Shown: positions 1 to 11,877 of the stretch, piece after piece
Layout: every line of letters starts with the position of its first letter
How positions within the stretch are numbered: the stretch's first letter is position 1
Origin: Mytilus californianus
Taxonomy: Eukaryota
Length of the DNA stretch: 64,000 bases
Direction of reading: 5' to 3'
NCBI RefSeq assembly: GCF_021869535.1
Contig: NW_026262673.1
Span: 3,038,001-3,102,000, forward strand
Position numbers and translations under genes: made by a program
The notes under the pieces: generated by a model
Database searches by the model: none
What the model was told of the DNA's origin: nothing
Seen by the model: the letters and a program-made list of their open reading frames with translations, nothing else

Positions 1-1
1 T

Positions 2-235
2 TCTATTTTAAACTGTCCAACAGGCATCACTGTAGATAATGATGGAAACGTGTACGTTGTTGGAGAACGATCGAGTAACGTGGTCATCATAGCAAACGAT
101 CGAAAACACCACAAGGAAATCCTGACTACAAAGGATGGTCTCTGTCAGCCCTCTGCTATCTTCTTTGATAAACTGAAAAGGAAACTTCTTGTGGCAAATA
201 TCAACAACACTGCCTTCCTTTACAGTGTTACGTAA
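2..235 (+). CDS. 3' end of an NHL-repeat (beta-propeller) protein, TRIM2/3/71-like family; 5'-truncated by the window
   Basis: Open from base 2: SILNCPTGITVDNDGNVYVVGERSSNVVII...DGLCQPSAIFFDKLKRKLLVANINNTAFLYSVT*. P-x-G-I-x-V-D-x-x-G-N-V-Y-V is an NHL repeat signature. AATAAA at 245-250. TRIM/B-box assignment is inferred because the N-terminus is outside the window. Confidence 0.8.
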   Translation, partial: SILNCPTGITVDNDGNVYVVGERSSNVVIIANDRKHHKEILTTKDGLCQPSAIFFDKLKRKLLVANINNTAFLYSVT

Positions 236-805
236 AGACAATTGAATAAATATAAATCACGGACATGACATAAAAGTTCTGAATAAAATGCAATTTTATT
301 TTATACTTAGTTTATACTTTATTTAACAGTTTACACCCAAACGGCATGCAAACAATTATGAACAAATAACTGAAATTTCTAAAAGAAAGCTGAGGGGATT
401 TAAATGTTACTTTGAAAGAATTGTTTCTTATTGCAAATATAAAAATAAGAAGATGTGGTATGATTGCCAAAACATCAAACAGAATTAAATGAAATGAATG
501 AAAGTAAGGGTCACTATATGGCCTTTAACAATGAGCAAACCCCAATCCGCATAGAAAGCTAAAAATTACGACGACATGACATAATATAGATTATCAATGG
601 CACTTGGCTGACAAAATGAAACGATTCAAACGAGAAAACCAACTACGTTATTCACCGTGACCAATGCTACATATGGGGACTGTATTCGGTGTCATGCTTC
701 GAACGAAATACAAATGTAGGTATAAATCGACAAATATCTAATCATTGAGATTGGTTAATAAAAACTGCGTACTTTATTTGGCCTTTTTAACTTTTATTGA
801 TTCGA

Positions 806-849
806 GCGTCACTGATGAGTCTTTTGTAGACGAAACGCGCGTCTGGCGC
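806..849 (+). ncRNA. Minimal type I hammerhead ribozyme (retrozyme/Penelope-like)
   Basis: Stem I GCGTCA(806-811)/TGGCGC(844-849); core CTGATGA 812-818; stem II GTCT-TTTGT-AGAC 819-831; GAAA 832-835; palindromic helix III ACGCGCGT; GTC cleavage triplet 841-843. Confidence 0.88.
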
Positions 850-2611
850 AAATACAAAATTTCAATCCTGGCATCTTTGATGAGTTTATTTGCATGGTAT
901 GCATATACAATATAAAGGGTATTCGCAAGACAAAGTTTGTGTACATTATCTGTACAGGAAATATAAGAAAGGGCAGGCCCGATATTCCGACACCCCAATA
1001 GTCCAACAACTCCATAGTCCGACGCCTCATTAATCTATGAAATATTTCTAAAAAAAGTATTTATTTTTACAGTAACATTAGAAAGCCAAAGTAAAAGGTT
1101 CGAAATTTGGAATGCTACTGGAAAATGAGGATATACTGGATAGGGAAAGAATATATAAAACGTTGTAGTAAGTGTTCTTCAAGTGCAAAGAGTCTCTCTT
1201 TCAAGAGGCATCGGATTTTACGTCATCATTTTGAACGACGTGGCTGCGAATTCAAACATCCGGCACAGACAAAACGGACATCCCATTTTGTCAATGGTTT
1301 TACTGCTGGTCTTTTTACATTTATTTAATCACGCAATTTATATACTGAACATCGATAATGTCAACAGGGTCATTGCCTACGCATAGAAATCTGGTCTTCT
1401 GGATAACCCTTGCTAAAGCTAAGCATTCGTTTGACTGCGCGGAATGTATAAATACGCAGCCACGTCCGTTAGGAATGAGACGTTATATCCGATTCCTCGT
1501 AAATTGATTGATTGTTAGCTACTTAAAGTCCAGTGGCAAATAGCTCATGAAAATTAAAAATGAATACAATAGGTAGGTCCTGTATCATAGGCCGTCCGAA
1601 ATGAAAGTATAACTGCCACTGGAAAATGAAGTTATATTGGATAGGGAAAGAAATTTGGGTTTGCAACGGGCTTTTCACTCTCTTTACACGAGGCATGTAC
1701 GTAAAAGACCCATTGCAACATCATCTGGGTCCGTAGGAGGCCTGTTGCAAGGTAAAACTTTCTGTTTTTATCCAAGTTAAATTACAGTAAAAATGATGAT
1801 TGTAATTGTTGCAATGATTTTAAAACATCTAAAATTGACATAAAACAGAGAACTACGACGTCATTTCGACGTACAATTGTTTAGTTTAATGCAACTTCAG
1901 TCTTTATTGTTTTCCAGATTTGACTTCTTCAGACAAAGTAAAGAGTATTAAAATGCTCAACATCATAGCCACTGATCTATTACAGCTTACATATCTTTTT
2001 CGATTGATTAATTGACTGATGTTTGCTTAATGTCCAGTAGCAAATATTTCACGTAAGGTCAATACGATATAAAATTAGAAGACTGGTTCTACATCGTTTA
2101 AAAAGAAAACTATTTTAAACACAGACCTTTCAGATAAAATTGAAGCTATACAACTTTATAGAACCAATAAAGACCTGATAAAAAGGAATGAAAGTAGGAA
2201 TTGATGTACTAAACTAACACACAGAATGCCTGCAGTTACGTTGCAAAAAAAAAAAAAAAAAAAGACCAAAGGTTTTGTTTGCTGATCCTTGCCTAATAGT
2301 TACAGTAGGGCCTTCAACATGGATCAAAAATGAAATCTTCACATCAAGTTAAAGAAAATTCCCAGATCTAGTTGTATACTTATATGGGTAACGTCTATTC
2401 AACTTTCCTGTCCAAAAGTATCGGGAAAGATCTCTGTTAAAGTCTCTCTACAGTATCATCCCCAAAGTGCAATTACGATTATTATTGAGAACTCGTAAAT
2501 TTCAGAGCCTCAAAATATTATTCATATATTGAATAAACATTTAGTACAAATATATGTCGGAAATGTTGCGTTTGATATCTTTGAAACCTAACGCATCAAC
2601 AAGCAATAACG

Positions 2612-3095
2612 ATATAAAAATAAGAAGATGTGCTATGATTGCAAATGAGACAACTATCCATCAGAGACCAAATGACGTCGATGTTAACAACTATAGGTCA
2701 TCGCACGGCTGTCAACAAGGAGCAAAACCCATACCGCATGGTAACCTGTATAAGACCACGAAATGACAAATCTAAAACAATTAAAAGAAGAAAACTAAGG
2801 GCCTGATTTATGAATAAAACAATAAACGAAAACCTAATATGCTATACAGCAACAAACAACAACCATTGATTAACAGGCTCCCGACTTGGGACAGGCACAT
2901 ACAAAATGATGCGGGCTTTTTTTTTTTGCTGGCGCCAACCATCCTTAAGCTGGAAGGTGGTGTAACAATACAACATCAGAACAAACTGTTAAAACCAGTA
3001 GAAAATTGCTAAACTCACCATATCGATATAACGCACAAAAGAAAACTTAACAAAAACGCAAAAGACACAAAGTACAGAAGCTGAGAGTACTTGCA
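2612..3095 (+). mobile_element. Abundant non-autonomous interspersed repeat, family A (head AAGAAGATGTGGTATGATTGCCAATGAGACAACT); class unresolved
   Basis: The same head motif or body recurs about 20 times in both orientations, e.g. ~440, 3150, 6220(-), 9510, 13670, 15310, 16820-17150(-), 24880, 25960-26335(-), 29860(-), 30290, 31440-31555(-), 32380, 39040-39175(-), 41460(-), 51915, 59345, 60360(-), 63920. No coding capacity. Boundaries approximate. Confidence 0.8.
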
Positions 3096-3728
3096 TATTC
3101 GTCTATTCCGATTTCGCCTATCTTGAGATGCTAGTAAGATTTCCTATTAAAAGATGTGGTATTATTGCCAATGAGACAACTCTTTGCTGTTTGTTAAAAT
3201 TTAACTCAACTTTGTGTAGAAGCGCACTTTTCTGCTATCTATTGTTGTCAATTCAATGTATTATTTTTAGTTTTTTTCCAAATTCCAAACTGTTTTAATT
3301 TTTTTCATTAGATAAATCAGATCAGAAAAATGCTAAGATTTTTATTATACAAACAACATTTAAGAACAATAAATTTTGAGGGAATTTTGTGGTTGTTTAG
3401 CTTGATATATTTATTCTTTTACCGGTTTCTGTATGTCAGTGATAGTATTCAAAATGATTAGCTAACATTGGTCTAAAATTGTCATTTACTAGCAAAAACT
3501 TAAATATGGAGTCGTCTTAAAAGTTAGATTGATAGAAAATGTAAACAGATCTTAACATTCTGGATTTTTTTTACACCTGCATACGGTTTTACACATATCA
3601 AAATAAAGATAATTATTTGCATTTCTCTATAACTTTCTATTTTTCACGAGCGACCAGGTTAGGTGGTCAGAGAACACAACACCCAGAAACTTTATACAAA
3701 AACAAAAATAACTCTCCATAAATTTGAT

Positions 3729-3770
3729 GCGTCCGAAGCGTTTTTCTGGGTTTGGCTTCATTAGGAACGC
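3729..3770 (-). ncRNA. Degenerate hammerhead-like motif (same family as 46317-46358), probably inactive
   Basis: Minus strand reads GCGTTC-CTAATGA-AGCCAAACCCA-GAAA-AACGCT-TC-GGACGC. Stem I is intact, but the core is CTAATGA instead of CTGATGA and the helix III palindrome is broken. Confidence 0.55.
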
Positions 3771-4049
3771 TCATACCAAAACATAAATTTTATATTCTAT
3801 TTTTAGAAATTTACCTGTGACGTCACTTTTTGTGGCGTTGATACATTCGTGTGACGCACAGTTCATTATTCTATTGTGCTGTATTTGTGTTCTGTCGTAA
3901 ATTAATTTTAGGTGTTCGTTGTTATTCTGTGGTTTACATGTTGAAATGTACTGTTATATTATTTATTTATGTATTTCTCTGTCCGGAATGTTCTTGCATT
4001 TATTCGTACTGTATTCTTATCACGTAATATGTCATTTTAGCGGTATTTT

Positions 4050-4325
4050 TAATATTGCCATATAAGCGGGAGGTTTGGCTAGCCATAAAACCAGGTTCAA
4101 CCCACCATTTTTTCTTAAAATGTCCTGTACCAAGTCAGGAATATGGCAGTTATTATCACATAGTCCGTTTCTATGTATGTTGGCGTTTGTTTTTGTAGCA
4201 GTTCAGTGTTTCTGTTTTCCGTGTTGTTTTCTCTTATAGTTGATGTGTTTCCCTCAGTTTTGGTTTGTGACCCGGATTTGTTTCATGACTATTGAACAGC
4301 GGTATACTACTATTGCCTTTATATA
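4050..4325. mobile_element. Interspersed repeat family C (second copy ~57530-57735)
   Basis: Shared block GAGGTTT.GCTAGC.ATAAAACCAGGTT.AA.CCACCATTTT...CCTGTACCAAGTCAGGAATATG.CAGTT at both loci. Boundaries approximate. Confidence 0.65.
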
Positions 4326-5674
4326 AAAATTACAAAAAAATCCTTGTTGTTTGTATTTTGATCTTTTTCTTTTTTTTCCATGGCGTTGTCAATCTATTTC
4401 AACTTATAGGTTTGAATGTCTCTTTGGTTTCTTTCGCCTCTCTTTAAGAATTGTTCTGTCTAGATTTAGGTTCAGAGAAGAAGAGTTTTGAAAACGGATG
4501 AAGAGGCAAAAGCTCACGTTAACAAAATAGACAATATGATGTAAAATGGATATACAGGGAAATTCTAAACACACAATCCCATTGTCAAAACGACAAAGCA
4601 CTCTACATAAAACTGAATACTGAGTATCACAAACAGCACAAAAAATAAGGGTGAACTCTTTGTCTAAATGTAAGTTGATATATAAAGCAAGCTCAACTGC
4701 ATAAGTGGTATCCAAGGTCCGAGTGGGATAAACGTGATTTCAATAGTCATCAATCTCTAATTGTGATTTAAAGTGAAAATCTAGTCAGGAACTACGTCAG
4801 TGTCTGTCGTCTTCTAGTGTCATATCTTATGATTTTGGGGTTTTCTTTTCATTTTTTGGTAATTTAGTGTTGACGGCATATCTTTGATAGTTTACTCTTA
4901 TTCAGTTCTTTTCTAGACTCGTGGGGATTAACAGCTTTTATAACACTAGATGTCTTAAATTATGTATGTTGAGTTGTTGGATTGCTGCCTCATTTGCAAA
5001 TACCCAATATTACTTTTTATTCATAAATTATAATAGATACTTTTATGAGAAATATATTTTATTCAAGGAATGACTGTAATATCTTTTTCTGTCTGTGAAG
5101 AAATAACATCAAAAATGTGGTGCACACTGAATAACCCGCGAAGACAACAAACTTTCAACCAATCAGAAGACGTGTTACATCCAAAATTAAAAATGTAAAT
5201 ATGAATTAACATGCAGACATCTTATACGTTCAGGTATTTCACATCCAATCTTTTATGGTAATATTCTATACAAAGCCCAAAAATGTCGGCATTCACCTCA
5301 AAAGCTAACCAAACCCTTAAACAGAATTATTCGGAAGGGATACAGTTACGATACTGTTGTCAAGTCATTAAGGATTGCATATTTTGGTATTAATATTGAT
5401 TCACTCATAGGGTCTTTGCATCGGAAATAAACACATTTATTCTAAAACCAGTTGTTGGCATGATACGGGTTATGTTCTTCTCATATATTTTATGATAGTA
5501 TGATACTAAACCCCTCACGGGAGGGATTGTACTTGATTTTCATATGATGAAGACATAATCTTTCAACCAGTTTAATTGAGGTCTGAAGCTGGCATGTCAG
5601 TAACTGCTAGTAGTCCTTTGTTAATTAATGTATCATTGTCATTTTGCTTTGTTTCTTTTGTTACCTATTTTGAC

Positions 5675-6078
5675 ATCGGACTCGGACTTCTTTTGAACTG
5701 AGTTTTACTGTTTGTATCGCTGTGTGTTTTTTTTTTTATTCTACATTGGCTAGAGGTATAGGGGGAGGGTTGAGATCTCACAAAACATGTTTAACCCCGC
5801 CGCATTTTTGCGCCTGTCCCAAGTCAGGAGCCTCTTACCTTTGTTAGTATTGTATGTTTTTTTAATTTTAGTTCATTTATATGTCTTGGAGTTTAGTATG
5901 ACGTCCATTTTCACTGAACTAGTACACATTTTTATTTAGGGGCCAGCTGAGGACCACCTCCGGGTGCGGGATTTTCTCGCTGCGTTGAGGACCCATTGGT
6001 GGCCTTCGGTTGTTTTCTGCTCTTTGGCCGGGTTGTTGTCTCTTTGACATATTCCCCATTTCCATTTTCAATTTTATT
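5675..6078 (-). mobile_element. Interspersed repeat family B (copies 14345-14575 +, 28705-28745 +, 53161-53560 +)
   Basis: Shared ~400-bp sequence AAAATTGAGAATGGAAATGGGGAATGTGTCAAAGAGACAACAACCCGACC...CCCAATGGGTC.TCAAC.CAGCGAGAAAATCCCGCACCC; 53161-53560 is a near full-length reverse complement of this copy. Confidence 0.8.
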
Positions 6079-6481
6079 TTATACAGTAATTGTTATCATC
6101 CATTTTTGATTTTTAAATTTCGTATTTTTTCTAAGACAGGCATTTATCTAATGGTAAGACAGGCATGTATCTAATGGTAAGACATTGCTTACATCAACTT
6201 CATTTGAACTTTAGTGGATAGATGTCTCATTGGCAATCATACCACATCTTCTTATTTTTATATGTATCTAATTATATGGTAAGACAGGCATGTATCTAAT
6301 GGTATAAAAAAAATTATTCAAACCAAATGCATAAACGGCGTTTATACTTAATCCTAAATTTATTTGTTTTGTTTAATCGCATTAAAGTGCAAAATAAATT
6401 GCAGACTGGACAAAAGAGATTAAACCTATAAGTTTACATTTTATAATGTTATTCTTTATTATATCTGTGTTGTTGTCTAAA

Positions 6482-7370
6482 ATGATCAGGCATTGGAAAC
6501 TCTTTCCATTTACTTTCTACTTTACGTTATTGTTTCAAATAATAAATGGAACATCTCCAACCGGTTGCAGTTATGACAGCGCCTTTTCATCAACGGGGAT
6601 TTATACTTGTGTATTTGGAAGCTACACCGAACCTTTGACTTACTCAGGATTTTCAAGTCCTCTTCCACAAAGACTGATGATAACGAATTTAAACGGAAAC
6701 TTACCAGCCAGTGGAAGTGCGTTTTCTGGATTTTCTAGCTTTACCTCTGGTTTGTTCGACAAAAATTACCCAGCTTACCTCGACCTAGTCTGTACAACGT
6801 CAGGTTCGATAACTCTTACAACAAGTACCTTCACCGATATGAGTTATCTACAAGAAGTTAAATTTTCTTATTGTAACATAGTTTCCTTATCAAATGGCAT
6901 GCTGGGACCATTCGGAAGTCTGAACTCATTGATATTTGAACACGGGTCCATAGCTTCTTATTCGGCAGACTTTTTGACATCTGTTACAATAGAACCACTT
7001 GCTGTTGCAGAACCTACGGGAGAACTTATTATAAAGGATTGTTCGATTACTCCAACTACAATACCCGCAGGTGTGTTCGACGGACAAACGTCAATACGAA
7101 CAATAAAATTAGATAAAGCTGGTGTTACAGCTATTGATGCTTCAGCCTTTAGTCTAACAACTCAGCTCAATTATATATCCCTGGTTGACAACTCTATTAC
7201 GTCATTGGAGAGTAACCTCTTCACAAGTATAAAAAGTCTGTCGTCCATTGACCTAGGTGGACTTGCATATGACTGTTCCTGTTCAAATTTAGACGTTCTA
7301 ACGTATTCTAATGAAAACTCTGTGAAACTGCCGTCTGACTTGATTTGTAACACACCAGCTAGTTACCAAG
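6482..7370 (+). CDS. LRR-TM paralog 1, exon 1 of 3 (signal peptide, LRRs, LRRCT start)
   Basis: MIRHWKLFPFTFYFTLLFQIING-TSPTGCSYD...YTC...LPQRL...LNYISLVDNSITSL...YDCSC...LICNTP. Donor CAAG/GTACGT at 7371, phase 1. An in-frame upstream ATG at 6446 is an alternative start; 6482 better matches paralog signal peptide lengths. join(6482-7370,7697-7753,8755-8987) = 392 aa. Confidence 0.9.
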
Positions 7371-7696
7371 GTACGTTATATTCCAAAAAAAAAAGGAAAT
7401 TCGTTAGTAAAATCATTCGAGTGTTAGTTTTGAATTCTTATCTTTTAAAAGCATTCGTAAAATTTTAGAAAATAAGCTTTTGAAATAGTGATGGAGCTTT
7501 AACTGACAAAAATATATTTTACTTTAAATAGACTGGTCTCATATCCAGTTATCTGTTTGGATTCTTACTGAGGTTGCCTTGCTACTCGCAATTATATATA
7601 TTATCTTTTAAAACATAAACTATTGATCAGAAAATGAGGTAAATTACATCAATATCTTAAGTTGTATATAAAAGAGAATGCTCTATATTTTTGTAG

Positions 7697-7753
7697 ATAA
7701 AAAGGCAACAAAGTTTTACGCTGAGACCTGTGCTACTGTGTCAAGTTGTTCAG
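7697..7753 (+). CDS. LRR-TM paralog 1, exon 2 (57-nt Cys micro-exon)
   Basis: TTTTTGTAG/ acceptor, /GTAAAT donor; encodes (D)KKATKFYAETCATVSSCS(G); homologous to the micro-exons of the other six paralogs. Confidence 0.88.
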
Positions 7754-7960
7754 GTAAATCTAAATTTCGTTTTCCTTCACATTCAATTGTTTTTTGTGAT
7801 CTGTGCTGATCTGAGGGATCAACTGAATTTCACAGTTTGATTTTATGCTGAACTGTTACACTACTACCCAAGGTTAGATTGAGGATTGAATGCGCACAAA
7901 ATTTTTAGACCCCGCAATCATCAGTTTGTCTTTGACTTATAAGAATATTCGTTCGGTTTA

Positions 7961-8220
7961 CTGATTCATTGATTGTTAGTGTTTAACCCCACTTTAATCA
8001 CTATTTACTATATCATATAGACCTTTGAGTTGTATTGTTGCAAGAAGCCAGAGTAACCGGAGATACTCTCTAACCTTTGGCAGGAAAACTAGCAATTCTT
8101 TTCAAGGAAGATTTGAGTCGAACGCACATGCCATGTACGGGGTTCGATCTCATATCCTAAGTGTTGACAGGCTTGTGATAAAGTAGATCAATATATAGAC
8201 CACTTGGCCACCGAGGCCCC
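7961..8220 (-). mobile_element. tRNA-derived SINE (copies 22675-22893, 52693-52943, 59075-59321, all minus strand)
   Basis: Minus strand begins GGGGCCTCGGTGGCCAAGTGGTC (A-box-like). B-box GAGTTCGAACC is clearest in the 22.8-kb copy. Central GGTGGTTTTCTCC.GGCACTCCGGCTTCCTCCACC block resembles conserved V/Meta-type SINE cores (from memory). 3' (ATCA)n tail. Confidence 0.75.
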
Positions 8221-8754
8221 CATATATTTCCCTTTGGTATCATCCGCCTCTTTTTGTCAACGTTCCCCCAAATCTCTATTTGACCTATTTGTTGTGTAAA
8301 GTCAAAGCATTATATAAAAAAAAAACATAAAAATAGACCTAGGATTTTTTCTCACTTTGTACATGTATATTCATCAACTTGAAACGCTTAATATTTTGAA
8401 ACAATGGACATAAAATTCGAGATAAAAAAGGCCCTTACCGAACTTACTCCTCTTTGTTCTACCCAAAAATCCATTTTTTCAGTGGTCGTCCAAATTGTCC
8501 GCTCTTCATACTGATGAAAAGGTTTACGTATCTGATAGATATTTTCTCTTCGTGAAAGAATGAAATGTTTGCCACTGGACGTTAAGGAAAAAGCAATGAA
8601 CAAATAAAGTAATATACAATGTATACTGGTGCGATTTAACTGTTGTGTTTAATTCTTAGTTTTAGAAAAATGTTATCTTCGATTTAATGCTTCAAATTGC
8701 AATCAATAAAATTGGGTGGCAGACTTTTATTATTTACTTTAAATTTAATTGTAG

Positions 8755-8987
8755 GTCTGTCTTGTTATACTGCAATAGAAATCGTAGGATTCGTTTTACT
8801 AGGCCTGGCACTGATCGTCGCATGTGTTGCCTTGGCAATGATATGTCATTCAAAACGACAAATTACTACTGCTGCAATAACATCAAGGAGAAGACAACCG
8901 AATAGATGGTCAAAAATGAAAACTGCTATGAGGGCTACAAATCGTGGTCGCCGAGGAGAAAAACCTCCAATGAAATCCAAATATTGA
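8755..8987 (+). CDS. LRR-TM paralog 1, exon 3 (TM helix and basic tail)
   Basis: TTGTAG/ acceptor; GLSCYTAIEIVGFVLLGLALIVACVALAMICH-SKRQ...RWSKMKTAM...KPPMKSKY*. Confidence 0.88.
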
Positions 8988-9977
8988 GGTTTTATGAAAA
9001 CGGATGGATTCACGGAAATTTTCTGATTATGATTGTTACTTGCATAAAGTAATATAAGCATATTGATGCATATATCCATGGGAACAATATATAAAAAAAA
9101 ATCACGAATACTTATTTTTAATGTTTGTTTGTTTCTTTCATGCCTATCAAAATGCCGGTTTTTTGTTGGTTATATATTAAGTAGTATGAATAAGAGGCGA
9201 TGAGTCGTCGATGATAACATCCAAAGAGTACTATTTAATAGAACAACATAATGAACAAAAGAAACTTTGATACATCTTCATTTGAAACCGATACGTCTCT
9301 GGAATAAACCGGTTTCATCAAGTGACCTCGAAATAAATATAAAGCCATAATTAACGTCAGATAAAAATCAATTCACCTTTTACTGTGTTTTACGGAAAAT
9401 TCATTTTTTTACATTTTGGATAAACACGATACTAATTTTGTGTTTATCCGGTTTTTTTTTTTTTTGTTTTTTTTTTTTTTTTTGTTGATAAAATGTAATA
9501 TATGCTACAAAATTAAGAAGATGTGGTTTGATTGCCAATGAATCAACTCTATACCAGAGACCAAATGACCTAGAAGTTAACATCTATAGGTTACCAAATT
9601 CAACAAAGTGCGAAACCTATATCGCATAGCAAGCTATAAAGGGCTCGAAAAGAAAAATGCAAAACAATTAAAAGGAGAAAACTAACGACATAATTTATGT
9701 ACAAAACAATAAACGCGATATTTAAATTGACAAACATTTTTACTGTAAGATAAACACAACAAACTAATTCATAACATATATTTAGAATAATGAGTTTACG
9801 ATAATCCTTGTTAATCTGACTAAACCTTTCTATAATATTCCACAAGTTTTAAGATCCAACTTTTATACTGAGCAGCCATTGACATATTTAAAATATGGAT
9901 TCATAAATGTTTCTGTACATTCTTTGAAAGTTGAAGTCAGTTTTTGTAGTACCAACTTGCGTTTTTAGTTTTACACG

Positions 9978-10854
9978 ATGAAAACAAACAACAATTTAAT
10001 GAAAGTACTACTGTTTCTTCTACTTGTCAAATATTCATCGAGTGCTCAACCCACCGGCTGTTCCTACGATGGCACATTGACATCAACCGGACTATATACT
10101 TGTGTTGTAGGAAGCTACACTGCACCTCTAGCCTATAGTTCTTTCTCCAGTCCTCTGCCACAGAGATTGAAGATCACAAGTGTTACAGGAACATTCACCT
10201 CTCAATTGTCAGGATTCTCCAGCTTCTCGACTGGTTCTTTTGACGCCAATTATCCAGCAAGCCTCGAACTGGAATGTTCTTCGTCAAATTCGTTAACGCT
10301 ATCAAGTGTATCCTTCACAGATATGGGTTATCTCCAGGAGGTGACATTCAGTTTCTGCAACATAGTATCGTTGACTTCCGGTATGCTGTCTCCTTTCGGA
10401 ACACTCAATTCTTTGCGATTTGAAGGGGGTTCCATTGCTTCATATTCAAGTGACTTTCTAACTGGACTCATAGTGGAACCCGTGACAACAACTCCAGAAC
10501 CGAAAGGAGAACTTGTCATTAAAGATTGTACGATTACCCCGACTTCCATACCAGCCGGGACATTTGACGCTTTGACAACAGTAAAGTCGATTCGTGTAGA
10601 GAACGCCGGCGTAACAGCTATTGACAGTTCACTTTACAATCTGGCAGTGGCTGTAGACGACTTATCTCTTGCGGATAACTCTATCACCACTCTAGACAGT
10701 GCTATTTTTAGCAGCCTGAAGGGTCTATCTGATATAAACCTTGACGGGATACCGTATGATTGTTCTTGTACCTCCCTAGCATTTCTACAGGCCGTGTCTC
10801 AGAACTCTATTCGATCGGCAGGTCCCATCTGTAATTCACCAGCTGCCTATCAAA
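9978..10854 (+). CDS. LRR-TM paralog 2, exon 1 of 3
   Basis: Signal peptide, then QPTGCSYD...YTC...PLPQRL...LSLADNSITTL...YDCSC...ICNSP; donor A/GTAAGT at 10855, phase 1. Closest to paralog 1. join(9978-10854,11652-11708,12810-13060) = 394 aa. Confidence 0.92.
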
Positions 10855-11651
10855 GTAAGTAACATTGCATAAACATCTTTTTTTAAATTCTAAGGGGTTT
10901 TTTTTAAGTCAAAATGATACTATAATTAATAACAGTACAAGTATTTGTACAAAAGCTAAAATTGGAAAAGATCAAAATGTTTGCAAAAAATATACAATGT
11001 TGTTTTATTAAAGTTCTTCTGATTAAACATTAATTTAATATTTGATTATATATACAAATTTACAAGATAAAGTTAAAAAAGATGGTCACGACACGAAATC
11101 CAGTTTTAAAAATCCATAAAATGTATTTTTGAATTATCTGACATCAACAACCATCAACACTCATCTAAACAATAAACTGATAACCTGGCGTGCTACCATG
11201 CATAGCATGAGGTTGGTTAAACCAGTTTAACTTGCGCAATAAAGATAAATTATGATGTTTTATTCTCTAAGGAATCTTATAGAATCAAATTATGCTCCAT
11301 CCTAGAAAACCAATGTATAAAGGGGGATATAAGGTATACGCCAATGCGACAGAAATCCAACAACAACTTAAACCAAACGACTTCTAGAGGTCAAAGTAAT
11401 GGTCTTAAACAATAGACATGTGTGTTAACAAGATATCGTCCCGATCTGAAAAATATTTAAAACAGTAACCGAACAGTGATTCTGGACGTTTTAAAGTTTT
11501 TTGTTCGTCACTGTTTCCATTGTAACTGATAGTGTGATGCCTTTTTTGAGATGGTCTATTTGATGTGAGATTGTTTACTCTTTCTTCATTCAGTTGTCTT
11601 CAAATTAAGACCTTGGATGCATCTAAAGTGTAATTGTAATTGTTATTTCAG

Positions 11652-11708
11652 ACAAGAAAGCGACAAAATACTATACAGATTCTTGTGCTACTAGTGTGAG
11701 CTGTGCAG
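11652..11708 (+). CDS. LRR-TM paralog 2, exon 2 (57 nt)
   Basis: TATTTCAG/ ... /GTTAGT; (N)KKATKYYTDSCATSVSCA(G). Confidence 0.9.
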
Positions 11709-11877
11709 GTTAGTATATACACAGTAACATGAGTCGATATGAGCTGTACAGGTTAGTATATAAGCAGTAACATGAGTCGATATGACCAAAACAGGTTAGT
11801 ATATAAGCAGTAACATGAGTCGATATGAGTTGTACAGGTTAGTAGGTTAGTATATAAACAGTAATATATTCGATATG
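11698..11877 (+). repeat. 43-bp tandem repeat x4 spanning the exon 2 donor of paralog 2
   Basis: GAGCTGT(G/A)CAG/GTTAGTATATA...GTAACATGAGTCGATAT units start at 11698, 11741, 11784 and 11827. Confidence 0.85.

Noticed and set aside
7371-7468. ORF extensions past the exon 1 donors (e.g. ...TLYSKKKRKF in paralog 1, ...SKFVVNSL in paralog 6, 48322-48371)
   Set aside because: Intronic read-through; all seven paralogs have a GT donor at the same codon and phase, and homology stops there.
7697-7720. Dibasic KK/KR/RR at the start of the micro-exons as a shedding or furin site
   Set aside because: Does not fit R-x-x-R, is not kept in paralogs 6 and 7, and basic residues are normal at this LRRCT position.
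7961-8220. tRNA-like A/B boxes
   Set aside because: No complete cloverleaf; joined to a SINE body and tail and present in four decayed copies, so called SINE rather than tRNA gene.
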